Below, one piece after another: positions 11,017-19,706 of a stretch of DNA of 19,824 bases. This stretch comes from Calditrichia bacterium (GTDB lineage: Bacteria > Calditrichota > Calditrichia > JAJRVZ01), in the NCBI GenBank assembly GCA_963796965.1, contig CAWCNS010000019.1:1-19824 (forward strand), read 5' to 3'. A program made the position numbers and the translations under genes. The notes beneath the pieces are model-generated. The model ran no database searches. It saw only the letters and a list, made by a program, of their open reading frames with translations, and had not been told where the DNA came from. Numbering within the stretch: the stretch's first letter is position 1; each line of letters starts with the position of its first letter.

Positions 11017-11631
11017 ATGATAAGACGAAGAAGAAAAAGACTATTGGCTATCTCCGGGTATCAACGGTTGACCAGGATCTTGAAAAGAACAAGGCGGACA
11101 TAACCTATTTTGCCAACGAAAAAGAATTGGGCCACGTTGAATGGGTAACAGAGAAAGTATCCGGTACTAAAGACTGGCGAAAAAGAGCACTGGGAACAAC
11201 GATCTCAACAATGGGGCTGGCGACAACCTGATTGTTAGCGAATTATCCCGGCTGGGTCGATCAACATTCAGATCCTGGAAATAATGAAGGAGTGCAAAAA
11301 AAAGGACATCAGTGTCTACGCTGTCAAAGGTGGTTGGGCATTAAACGATACAATCGAAAGCAAAATCCTCTTGAACATCTTCGCAATGATATCTGAGATT
11401 GAACGGGATCTTATCAGTCAACGAACCAAGGAAGCATTGACCGCATTAAAGAAAGCTGGGGTCAAGTTGGGACGTCCAAAAGGTCCGGGCAAAAGTAAGT
11501 TGGATCCCTTCCGAGAGGAGATACAGGCAATGTTGAAGGCGGGAACGCGACAAAACTACATTGCCAAAAAATACGGGTGCACTCCAGCAACATTGAACAA
11601 TTGGATAAAGAAAAATCGAAATCTCCATTGA
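11017..11631 (+). CDS. Serine resolvase/invertase (Mpi/PinE-like) with C-terminal HTH; frameshifted
   Basis: Upstream frames give KTIGYLRVSTVDQDLEKN (catalytic Ser), WVTEKVSGTKDWRKRALG and GDNLIVSELSRLGRST. These join ORF 11284-11631 (EIERDLISQRTKEAL..GVKLGRPKG, HTH IAKKYGCTPATLNNWI). Shifts occur near 11020, 11215 and 11268; the exact start is uncertain. Confidence 0.88.
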
Positions 11632-11644
11632 AGTGGTATATTAG

Positions 11645-11768
11645 TACAACCGTTATTTTTACAACCGTTGATACCAACCCTTTTAGGGGGTGGGAAAATG
11701 TTCATGTATCATCGTTGATAGACCGACGTAATTCACGATAAGAGAGGTCAATATGCCAACCGTTGATA
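11645..11768 (+). repeat. Short direct repeats CAACCGTT(GATA)
   Basis: TACAACCGTT at 11645 and 11660, CATCGTTGATA at 11710, and CAACCGTTGATA at 11662 and 11757. Confidence 0.6.
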
Positions 11769-12028
11769 TCAAAGGGTTTGGAAAGAAAGGTAAGATTGAA
11801 TTCGATGATACTAAACCTGTAAATTATTCAGTAACCTTTCCTGATGAAAAGATCCGGGAACAAATTATTCAATACCTCAACACTCCACAGGAATATCGAA
11901 TCCCGGAATCACAACGCATTGATGATTTCCGAATTGACTGGGCCAAGCCCATTGATGATATGATGTACTTTGATCTTGCCCTGTGTACTCTTTATAATGA
12001 GCTTGATATATTTGTGACCTGGAAATAG
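11753..12028 (+). CDS. Hypothetical protein (91 aa)
   Basis: Intact ORF with RBS GAGAGG just upstream and protein-like composition (IPESQRIDDFRID..YFDLALCTLY). Confidence 0.75.
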   Translation: MPTVDIKGFGKKGKIEFDDTKPVNYSVTFPDEKIREQIIQYLNTPQEYRIPESQRIDDFRIDWAKPIDDMMYFDLALCTLYNELDIFVTWK

Positions 12029-12096
12029 TAAAATTCTGTCAGACATTTAATCCAATATACAAGAAAAAAGGTTTCAACCCTTCAAGGATTGAAAAA

Positions 12097-12313
12097 ATGG
12101 CCTTAACAGAAGCAGAGAAAACTATTCTTGATGTTCTTGCCCAGTATTCTTTTCTTACCCAGTGCAAAGATACCGGATTGCTTGATGCAAATACACACGC
12201 ACAAATCATATATCGGTTGGGGAAAAGAACATGGAGCTTATACATTACTATATGCAACGATTGGATGGGCATCACAACGACACAAGGGCGTTTTTGGACA
12301 AATTGATTGGTAA
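12097..12313 (+). CDS. Small hypothetical protein (~70 aa), possibly frameshifted near 12222
   Basis: ATG with AAGGA 8 nt upstream. It ends at 12306 as given, or at 12313 if the GGGGAAAA run carries an indel. Confidence 0.45.
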
Positions 12314-12319
12314 TAACGA

Positions 12320-12585
12320 GTGAGCCACAGCCACACCATCAGCATCAACTCCAGCAACTTGGACTTCCCTTGTCCGTTCCTCTTGATATTCATATCCCAT
12401 TACCCTTCGTAACAGGGTCAACTCAACCTTCCCGGTGTCCCAATTGTCCCGGCCTTCTTTTATGGCCTGGTTTAATCCGGGGTTGTCTTTGATCCATTGA
12501 TTCAGTAACCCTATTGATATTCCAAAGGCTTCAGCTATGTTTTCGTTGGTTGCACCGTATTGATTGGCTATATTAAAAAACCAGA
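12320..12585 (-). pseudogene. Fragment of phage terminase-small-subunit-like HTH protein
   Basis: GATNENIAEAFGISIGLLNQWIKDNPGLNQAIKEGRDNWDTGKVELTLLRRVMGYEYQE matches the phage pattern GAT.E.IA..FG.S..T...W....P....A.K.G....D..VE..L..RA.GYEY.E. The usual C-terminal PD..A.IFWLKNR motif is absent, and the N-terminus runs into the repeat at 12587. Confidence 0.65.
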
Positions 12586-13287
12586 GCCTTTTAGGGGGGG
12601 CGAAAACTACCATTGACCACCCCATTGATATATCAATGATTTAAACAATTGTGCGAGTTACCTTAGAGATTGTCCCTGGTCAATGAATTAGCCTTTTGCT
12701 CGACAGCAAGGAATTTATCCCACTCTTTAGGGACTCGTAAAATACCATTGACCATCTTCATTGATGTGTGAATTGATATCAACTATCTGTAACCACCGGG
12801 TATGCAAAGAATTGATGGTATCACAGCTTTTTCGCTTGCCGAAAAATTAGATTTTTTGATAGATTATGCATTGACTTAGGGCACGATATTCTCCATGCAT
12901 CATAACCGGCTGATATTTGTTTTTCAGGCTGCCGATTTGAGCATATCACATCTTCTGCATCGATATTAAAATAACCATATCTTGTGGTTTCAATAATTTC
13001 CTGATATTGTGTCTTAAATCATGAATCAGGCTTGTACCTGCTCTGATTTTCAAACACATCTCGACACGCCTGATCATTTTTCTTTTGATCTTCACAATAG
13101 CATCACTATTCTTGAGTTCGATAACATCTAACAATAATGCAAGAAAGGCTGAGTTTTTCGGTTTTTGGAAACTCAAGTATACAGCGAGTATGGTTGAGAA
13201 TGGTGGGTGTTACACATAACGAAAGAATACATGATTTTTACAAAAACAGGCAAAAAGATATAATTTACAGAATACAAAGGATCGACC

Positions 13288-15537
13288 ATGGATAAACCGA
13301 TAGTTTTATATTTTTCACAGGTCGTTCTTTTTTCTATTTTTCCTTTTTATTTTGCCACCATCAAAACCTATTTTCGAAACAATCTATTTTACATATACCT
13401 TGGTGTTGTCCTTGGTTTCGGCGGGCTCCTTGGTCAGGTCTGGGCCATTCAGCTTACAGATACCATCAGAATTTCAGGAGGCAATATCGCATATGCAGCC
13501 TTCATGATGACGTCCATACTGTTTGTGGTATTGGAACAAGATATCGCGATAGCCAGAAACATTATAAAACTGGTAATCGTTGTAAATATTTTTAAGTACC
13601 TTCTTTTCAATTCGATATATGCCTTCCTGTCAAATCCGCAATTTATCAACCCAAATTCTGTCTCTCCAAAAGTTTTCTCAAGTTCAGCTGCAATGATGCT
13701 CGTAGGCGGGATTCTGATTATAACCGAACTGGTATTGTTTTTATTTGTATTTGAGAAAATCAAAAAAGTCTCCAAACAATCTTTTATAACCATTCTTCTT
13801 TTTACTATCTTTTTTATCATTTTGCTTTGCTTGGACGGTATTTTATTTCCATTAATTAATTTCAGGCTTTTTCCGGATTTAAGCGCTGTTATTATTGGAG
13901 GGATAAAAAACAAAATCGTATTAGGCGCTTCTTTTTCGCCGGCAATGCTTTTTATTTTGATTGTCTTCAGGAAAAGATTCGAGAACTATTTATATACAGA
14001 TCTACGGTTAAAAAACATTTTAAAAAAATCCAAGGAGGATTTGGCACTCATTGTTCAAGAACAATTTGAGGAAATTAAAGTTAGCGAAGAAAAATACCGA
14101 ACCCTTTATGAAACAATGGCGCAAGGTGTTGTCTATCAAGATGCGGATGGCCATATAATATCAGCCAATCCCGCTGCTGAGCTTATATTGGGGCAACCGC
14201 TATATCAAATGAAAAACCAGACATCAGAAAGCGTAATATGGAAGACAATAAATGAGGACGGTTCAGAGCTTCCAGGAAGCAAGCACCCATCAATAATGGC
14301 TTTAAAAACCGGTGAGCCCGTAAAGAATACTATAATGGGTGTTTTTAATCCTGTAATCAAAGACTATGTCTGGATAAATATCAACGCAATTCCGCAGTTT
14401 AGAAAGGGAGAGAGCAGACCCTACCAGGTATACACAACCTTTGAAGACATAACGGAACGTATACAAATCGAAAAAGCTTTAACAACAAATACGGACCGGT
14501 ACGCCAAAGCACAAAAAATGGGGCAAGTCGGAAACTGGGAATATGATATCGTGACTGAAACTTTTTGGGGATCCGAAGAGGCTAAACGTTTGTTCAGTCT
14601 GGATCAAAAAGTCGATTCACTTTCAGTAGAAGATGTCGAAAGCCGGATAGTCGAACGTGACAGAGTTCATCAGGCTCTCGAAGACCTCATGGAACAAGAG
14701 AAACCTTATGACATTGAGTATGAGGTCTATGCAGGCGATAACGATAGAAAAACCATAATCCATTCCATTGCCGAAATCATTAAAAACGAATCGGGAAATC
14801 CGATAAAAATTGTTGGCGTTGTTAAGGACATCACTCAACAAAAAATATCGGAAGAATCACTTACACAATACAAAGATCAGCTAAGCCGATTAAATGCTTA
14901 TCTGCAGAATGCCACTGAACAGGAAAGAATTTCCATAGCGCGCGAGATTCATGACGATCTCGGACAAACCCTGTCCGCCTTGAAAATGGACCTGGGTTGG
15001 ATTGGTAAGCGATTGTCGTCTGACCAGGGAAAAATCATTGAGAAGATAGGAGAGATGAAAGCGCTTATTGCCAATACCGTTCAATCCGTCAAACGGCTGT
15101 GTAGCGATTTGCGACCGGGTCTTTTGGATGACCTTGGGCTTGCGCCTGCACTGAGCTGGTACACGGATCAAGTCAACGAACGCAGCGACTTCAATATCCG
15201 TTTAACGATTGATTTAATGGAATTTGATGTGAATAAAGATCTTGCAACCTCTATTTATCGGATTGTCCAGGAATCGCTGACCAATGTTTCTCGTCATGCG
15301 CAGGCGGAAAATGTTTGGATATCGCTGGTCAAAGATTCCGAGTCTATTGTATTGAAAGTGCAGGATGATGGAACAGGTATCGACATGAATACAATCGATG
15401 GGAAACAATCTTTTGGCATTATCGGCATGCGCGAGCGTGTATTCGCACACGATGGAAAATTCGAGATCATTCGCCGTAAGGAGCGTGGTACGGCTATTAA
15501 AGCTGTTTTCCCATTAGAGCGAGTTGAGACCCTTTGA
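13288..15537 (+). CDS. Membrane sensor histidine kinase (VUT/YhhQ-like multi-TM domain, 2 PAS/PAC, HisKA_3, HATPase)
   Basis: About 225 hydrophobic N-terminal residues, PAS segments (GVVYQDADGHIISANPAAELILG; GNWEYDI..FWGSEE), H-box ERISIAREIHDDLGQTL, N-box YRIVQESLTNVSRHAQA, DDGTG and FGIIGMRER. RBS AAGGA. Confidence 0.93.
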   Translation: MDKPIVLYFSQVVLFSIFPFYFATIKTYFRNNLFYIYLGVVLGFGGLLGQVWAIQLTDTIRISGGNIAYAAFMMTSILFVVLEQDIAIARNIIKLVIVVNIFKYLLFNSIYAFLSNPQFINPNSVSPKVFSSSAAMMLVGGILIITELVLFLFVFEKIKKVSKQSFITILLFTIFFIILLCLDGILFPLINFRLFPDLSAVIIGGIKNKIVLGASFSPAMLFILIVFRKRFENYLYTDLRLKNILKKSKEDLALIVQEQFEEIKVSEEKYRTLYETMAQGVVYQDADGHIISANPAAELILGQPLYQMKNQTSESVIWKTINEDGSELPGSKHPSIMALKTGEPVKNTIMGVFNPVIKDYVWININAIPQFRKGESRPYQVYTTFEDITERIQIEKALTTNTDRYAKAQKMGQVGNWEYDIVTETFWGSEEAKRLFSLDQKVDSLSVEDVESRIVERDRVHQALEDLMEQEKPYDIEYEVYAGDNDRKTIIHSIAEIIKNESGNPIKIVGVVKDITQQKISEESLTQYKDQLSRLNAYLQNATEQERISIAREIHDDLGQTLSALKMDLGWIGKRLSSDQGKIIEKIGEMKALIANTVQSVKRLCSDLRPGLLDDLGLAPALSWYTDQVNERSDFNIRLTIDLMEFDVNKDLATSIYRIVQESLTNVSRHAQAENVWISLVKDSESIVLKVQDDGTGIDMNTIDGKQSFGIIGMRERVFAHDGKFEIIRRKERGTAIKAVFPLERVETL

Positions 15538-15553
15538 TCTGAAGAGGCATAAA

Positions 15554-16185
15554 ATGATCAAAATATTAATTGCGGACGACCATAAAATTTTCAGAAAAGG
15601 CCTGCGACAGACCATTGAGGACAATGCGGACATGACAGTTACCGGAGAAGCCGCTAATGGCAACGAAGTCTTGAATCTGTTGTCAAAGAGCCATTACGAT
15701 GTCCTGATGCTCGACATATCGATGCCTGGCACAAGTGGTCTGGAGGTATTGAAACAAATCAAAGCGGATAACCCAAGATGCCTGTCATCATGCTGAGCAT
15801 GCACCCTGAGGAGCAGTTTGCGCTGCGGGTGATGAAAGCCGGAGCTGCCGGTTATCTCACCAAAGAAACCGATGAGGAACACATCATCGAAGCCATCCAC
15901 AAGGCCCATCGAGGTGGAAAATATATTACTCCCTCTCTTGCCGAGAAACTGGCGTTTGCCATGGAAATTGATTTTGATGAATCCGCCCACGAGAAACTTT
16001 CGGATCGGGAGTACCAGGTCATGCGTATGATCGGGCAAGGAAAAAGTGTCAGCGACATTGCCTCAAAACTCAACCTGAGCATTTCAACCGTCAGCACCTA
16101 TCGATCCCGGATTCTGGAAAAAACCGGTCTGAAAAACAGTGCCGAAATCACCAACTATGTCATCAAAAATAAACTGATCGACTGA
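15554..16185 (+). CDS. NarL/FixJ (UvrY-like) response regulator, REC plus LuxR HTH; one frameshift at ~15775
   Basis: MIKILIADDHKIFRKGL..LMLDISMPG joins MPVIMLSMHPEEQFALRVMKAGAAGYLTK..LSDREYQV..IASKLNLSISTVSTYRSRILEK by a single 1-nt shift. Confidence 0.92.
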
Positions 16186-16255
16186 TCTAACAAACGCCAT
16201 CACGACCTTCCAAATCGTTTTCCACACTTCCATTCAATCCGGCTTCTTTACCCCT

Positions 16256-16365
16256 TGTCGTTGAAAATGTGACACCCTGTAGAACAAACCATGACATACA
16301 ATTCGCAAATTCACTACACATTATAGCCGGAAAATTTCGACAAAAATATCATTGAAACACCGATA
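16256..16365 (+). promoter_or_regulatory. Tandem ~22-bp-periodic inverted-repeat operator array
   Basis: TGTCG-N9-TGACA (16256), TGTAG-N9-TGACA (16278), a half-site CTACA (16314), TATAG-N11-CGACA (16322) and TATCA-N9-CGATA (16347). Confidence 0.55.
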
Positions 16366-16442
16366 CACAAAACATCTTGCAGGATCTATATTGAGATCAA
16401 CATCATGAGATCAAGAGATCAATTCCAATTTGTGGGGATTAA

Positions 16443-16847
16443 ATGAAATTACTTATTGCAGACGATTCAAAGCCTTTGAGAGAAAGCCTCAAGGCGCGTC
16501 TCTCCGATATAGCGGGCATCAGCGAAATCCATGAGGCAGGGAGCTGCAGCGAAACGCTTAGCGAGCTTATAAAAAAGACCCCGGACCTTGTCATCCTTGA
16601 CATTCAATTGGGTGACGGTACGGGCTTCGATGTCCTTGAGCAATTGAGTTCAAAAAAAATAAAGACGTCGGTAATCGTTTTCACCAGTTTCTCCTATCCC
16701 GAGTATCGAGAAAAAGCCCTCAGCTTAGGAGCACTCAATTTCATCAGCAAGTCTGACGATGACAACCTTTTTGACCTTCTTGAAAATATGGCTGGACTGG
16801 ATCGATACAGCGAGGCCCAGGTGGTACAAGATGAGGTGGACAAATGA
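16443..16847 (+). CDS. Single-domain response regulator (REC)
   Basis: LLIADDS, LVILDIQL, IVFTS and FISK motifs; ATGA overlap with the next gene. Confidence 0.9.
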   Translation: MKLLIADDSKPLRESLKARLSDIAGISEIHEAGSCSETLSELIKKTPDLVILDIQLGDGTGFDVLEQLSSKKIKTSVIVFTSFSYPEYREKALSLGALNFISKSDDDNLFDLLENMAGLDRYSEAQVVQDEVDK

Positions 16848-19252
16848 AACCAAATCCGCTTTCAGACAAAACAATTTTGAAAAACACCCAAAAAGAACTT
16901 GCTGAAGCAAATCAGCGTCTTAATGATGAAATTTCTGCCAATGCGAAAACAACTCGGGAATTGGCTAAAAAAGATGAAGAAATTCAATCGATCTTGGACA
17001 ACAGCCCTGTCGGAATCATGCTGGTCGACCAGCAGACGCGTAAAATATCATACATAAATCACAAGACAGAGTCACTAAGTGGATATTCAAAATCAGACCT
17101 TTTCGAAAGTGTTTGCAATGAAGTGATATGCCCTGCAGAAGTTGATCGATGCCCGATATTGGATCTTGGCGAAAACATAGATCATTCAGAACGAATCCTG
17201 AAAAGCTCAAACGGCCAGGAAATACCCATACTGAAGAGCGCTTCGTATGTGTCCTATCAGGGTAGACCTCATATTCTTGAGCAGTTTATTGACATTCGAG
17301 ATCAGAAGGCCGCTTTGGTGAAAACAGAAGAAAGCGAAAGAAGGTACAGGCATCTTTTTGAAAACCTGTGCGATGCGGCGTTTCTGGCAGATCAGAAGAC
17401 TGGCATGATCATCGATGCCAATGCGCAAGCCCAAATTCTTATGGGAAAAACGCGGAACGAAATTGTTGGAATGCATCAAAAGGAGCTGCACCCGCTTGAA
17501 AATATGGATAAGTACACCACAGGTTTTAAAAATCACCTTAAAAAAGGGCCTTTGGCTGATTATGAAGGTGAAATTGTCCGAAAAGATGGTAGTCATGTAC
17601 CGGTTAAAATCCATGCATCACCTTTTCAGACAAACGGTGATCGCCTGGTTTTAGGAATCTTTAAAGACCTGTCTCAAGAAAAAAAGCTCAATGATAAAGC
17701 CAGGGAAAACGAGAACAGGTTTCGCTTGGCTTTTGAAAATTCAAATGAGGGTATGTGTCTTGTTGACGCGAAAGGCAACTTGATGCGGACAAACAAACGC
17801 ATGTGCGAAATGTTCGGATATTCCAAACAGGAACTCGAAACGTTGACGGTCAATGATATCGCCCATCCAGAAGATAAAGAGATGAGCCCCAAGGTTATCA
17901 GAAATTCATTGGCAGGTCATGCTACTAATACAAAGTTTGAGAAAAGATATATCCATAAAAAAGGTCATACAATAACGGCGAAAGTATCCACCGCCCTGGT
18001 CAGAAACGAAGAACACAAACCTTTGTATTTCATATCTCACATCAATGATATCACAGAAGAGAAAAATCGGGAAAAGGGCCGTCGTAAATACGAAAAACAG
18101 CTGCGGCAGTCCCAAAAACTTGAAGCCATAGGAACATTAGCCGGCGGCATTGCACATGATTTTAACAATATCTTGTCCTCTGTTATCGGATTTGCTGAAT
18201 TGGCCATCGATGATGCGGATGAGGGTTCTGTTATGCACGATAACCTGTCGGAAATCTTGACAGCCGGAATAAGGGCCAAAGACCTCATTAAACAGATATT
18301 GATGTTCAGCAGGAAAGAAGAAATTGAAAAAAAACCAATAAAGTTGAAATCGATTGTCGAGGAAACGAGCAGGCTATTGCGGGCATCGATACCCACAACC
18401 ATTGAATTTTCTATTAATGCTGACAGTGAATCAGTGGTGATGGGTGACCCTTCACAATTCCACCAGATTCTAATGAATCTATGCACCAATGCTTCCCATG
18501 CCATGCAAAAAACTGGCGGAAACCTGAATGTCGAATTGAAAGATGTCACACTCGATCCAGCTTTTGTTGCAGTCTACCCCGGGTTATCATCCGGCCCCCA
18601 TGTCTTGCTTACAATTGAGGATACAGGGACTGGTATCCCAGAACATGTGCGTGATAAAATTTTCGATCCATTTTTCACAACCAAGCAAAAAGGCGAAGGA
18701 ACTGGTCTGGGACTATCCGTGGTGCATGGTATTGTCAGAGATTGCATGGGAGGTATTTTTGTGTACAGCGAAGAGGGAAAGGGTACCATATTCAAGGTAT
18801 ATTTCCCGGTGGTCAAAACGTCCATTCAACCTGTGCATGCAGCACCAGTTGTTATTCCTAACGGTTCTGAGCACATCCTGCTTGTTGACGATGAGCCTGC
18901 TTTGGTGAAGATGGGAAAACAGGCTTTGGAATGTTTGGGATACAGGGTAACGACACGCACATCCAGCATTGAAGCACTCGAACTGTTTAAGGTGAAGAAT
19001 GAATCGTTCGATCTGGTCATTACGGATATGACCATGCCCAAAATGGACGGGGAGGACCTTGTAATAAATCTTAAAAAAATCAACTCCAAGTTGCCTGTCA
19101 TTCTTTGCACGGGGTTTAACCCGAACATGGACGAAAAACGCGGTAGAGAAATAGGAATTGATGCTTTTGCCAACAAACCTTTTCTTAAAAATGAATTAGG
19201 GCAAACCGTTCGGCGCGTTTTAGATAGACGCACATTGGCAGATTATCGATGA
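16844..19252 (+). CDS. Cytoplasmic hybrid histidine kinase (3 PAS, HisKA, HATPase, REC)
   Basis: QSQKLEAIGTLAGGIAHDFNNIL H-box, QILMNLCTNASHAM, DTGTGI, IFDPFFTTK..GTGLGLS, and receiver ILLVDDE..LVITDMTMP..LCTG..KP. Confidence 0.95.
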   Translation: MKPNPLSDKTILKNTQKELAEANQRLNDEISANAKTTRELAKKDEEIQSILDNSPVGIMLVDQQTRKISYINHKTESLSGYSKSDLFESVCNEVICPAEVDRCPILDLGENIDHSERILKSSNGQEIPILKSASYVSYQGRPHILEQFIDIRDQKAALVKTEESERRYRHLFENLCDAAFLADQKTGMIIDANAQAQILMGKTRNEIVGMHQKELHPLENMDKYTTGFKNHLKKGPLADYEGEIVRKDGSHVPVKIHASPFQTNGDRLVLGIFKDLSQEKKLNDKARENENRFRLAFENSNEGMCLVDAKGNLMRTNKRMCEMFGYSKQELETLTVNDIAHPEDKEMSPKVIRNSLAGHATNTKFEKRYIHKKGHTITAKVSTALVRNEEHKPLYFISHINDITEEKNREKGRRKYEKQLRQSQKLEAIGTLAGGIAHDFNNILSSVIGFAELAIDDADEGSVMHDNLSEILTAGIRAKDLIKQILMFSRKEEIEKKPIKLKSIVEETSRLLRASIPTTIEFSINADSESVVMGDPSQFHQILMNLCTNASHAMQKTGGNLNVELKDVTLDPAFVAVYPGLSSGPHVLLTIEDTGTGIPEHVRDKIFDPFFTTKQKGEGTGLGLSVVHGIVRDCMGGIFVYSEEGKGTIFKVYFPVVKTSIQPVHAAPVVIPNGSEHILLVDDEPALVKMGKQALECLGYRVTTRTSSIEALELFKVKNESFDLVITDMTMPKMDGEDLVINLKKINSKLPVILCTGFNPNMDEKRGREIGIDAFANKPFLKNELGQTVRRVLDRRTLADYR

Positions 19253-19337
19253 GGTTAGAATGATATTATAAGGCTTAAATATGGAAATAGATCCTAAAAT
19301 ATTAAGTAAACAAATCAATGTATCAGGAGAAAAGGAA

Positions 19338-19706
19338 ATGCCTGCTATTAAAATCTTAATTGTTGGAGATGAAAAAAAATTCATTGAAGTTTTGAATCTT
19401 GATCTAAAATCAATGGGGTATGAAATCTGCACATTGGCATCCACTGGGATAGAAGCGATAGAAACAGCAGAAAAAGAAAGGCCTGACTTGGCACTCATGG
19501 ACATGAGATTAAGTGGTGATATAAACTGTTTTTTAGCTGGCGGAGAATTAAGTTCCAGATTTAAAATCCCTTCTATCTATATGACTGGCGGTAGAGAAGA
19601 TAAACTAAAGGGAGAGACGATAACTAATCTTTTTGGGCTTCTTGTTAAACCGGTGACTGGTGATGAATTAATGATGGCAATCAACTTGGTTTTGAAGAGG
19701 CAATAA
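19338..19706 (+). CDS. Single-domain response regulator (REC)
   Basis: ILIVGDE, LALMDMRL, IYMTG and LLVKP motifs. ATG 19338 has AGGAG/AAGGA upstream and is preferred over the in-frame ATG at 19281. Confidence 0.85.
   Translation: MPAIKILIVGDEKKFIEVLNLDLKSMGYEICTLASTGIEAIETAEKERPDLALMDMRLSGDINCFLAGGELSSRFKIPSIYMTGGREDKLKGETITNLFGLLVKPVTGDELMMAINLVLKRQ

Larger units (their letters stand above)
11679..12778 (+). repeat. Three-copy degenerate direct repeat (starts ~11679, ~12587, ~12725)
   Basis: CCTTTTAGGGGGTGGGAAAA (11679) versus CCTTTTAGGGGGGGCGAAAA (12587) match at 18/20. Copies 2 and 3 share TTTAGGG..AAAA.TACCATTGACCA....CATTGAT (exact 12-mer at 12608 and 12743). Confidence 0.6.

Noticed and set aside
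12097..12160. Replication-relaxation family N-terminus (LTEAEKTILDVLAQYSFLT)
   Set aside because: The resemblance covers only ~20 residues and is not supported downstream.
11640..12800. CRISPR array
   Set aside because: The repeats are degenerate, only three copies, irregularly spaced (~900 and ~135 bp), and no cas genes are present.
12878..12895. Sigma54 promoter GGCACGATATTCTC
   Set aside because: It lacks the conserved GC at -12.
12972..13012. NrdR-box-like TAACCATATCTTGTGG
   Set aside because: The second box is weak and oddly spaced, and no ribonucleotide reductase gene is nearby.
12946..13176. 76-aa minus-strand ORF
   Set aside because: Non-ATG start, no RBS or recognisable motif; it lies in the probable upstream region of the kinase.
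13449..19504. Numerous antisense and alternate-frame ORFs over the two-component genes (likewise plus-strand ORFs over 562-9667)
   Set aside because: They are shadow ORFs fully overlapping well-supported genes.
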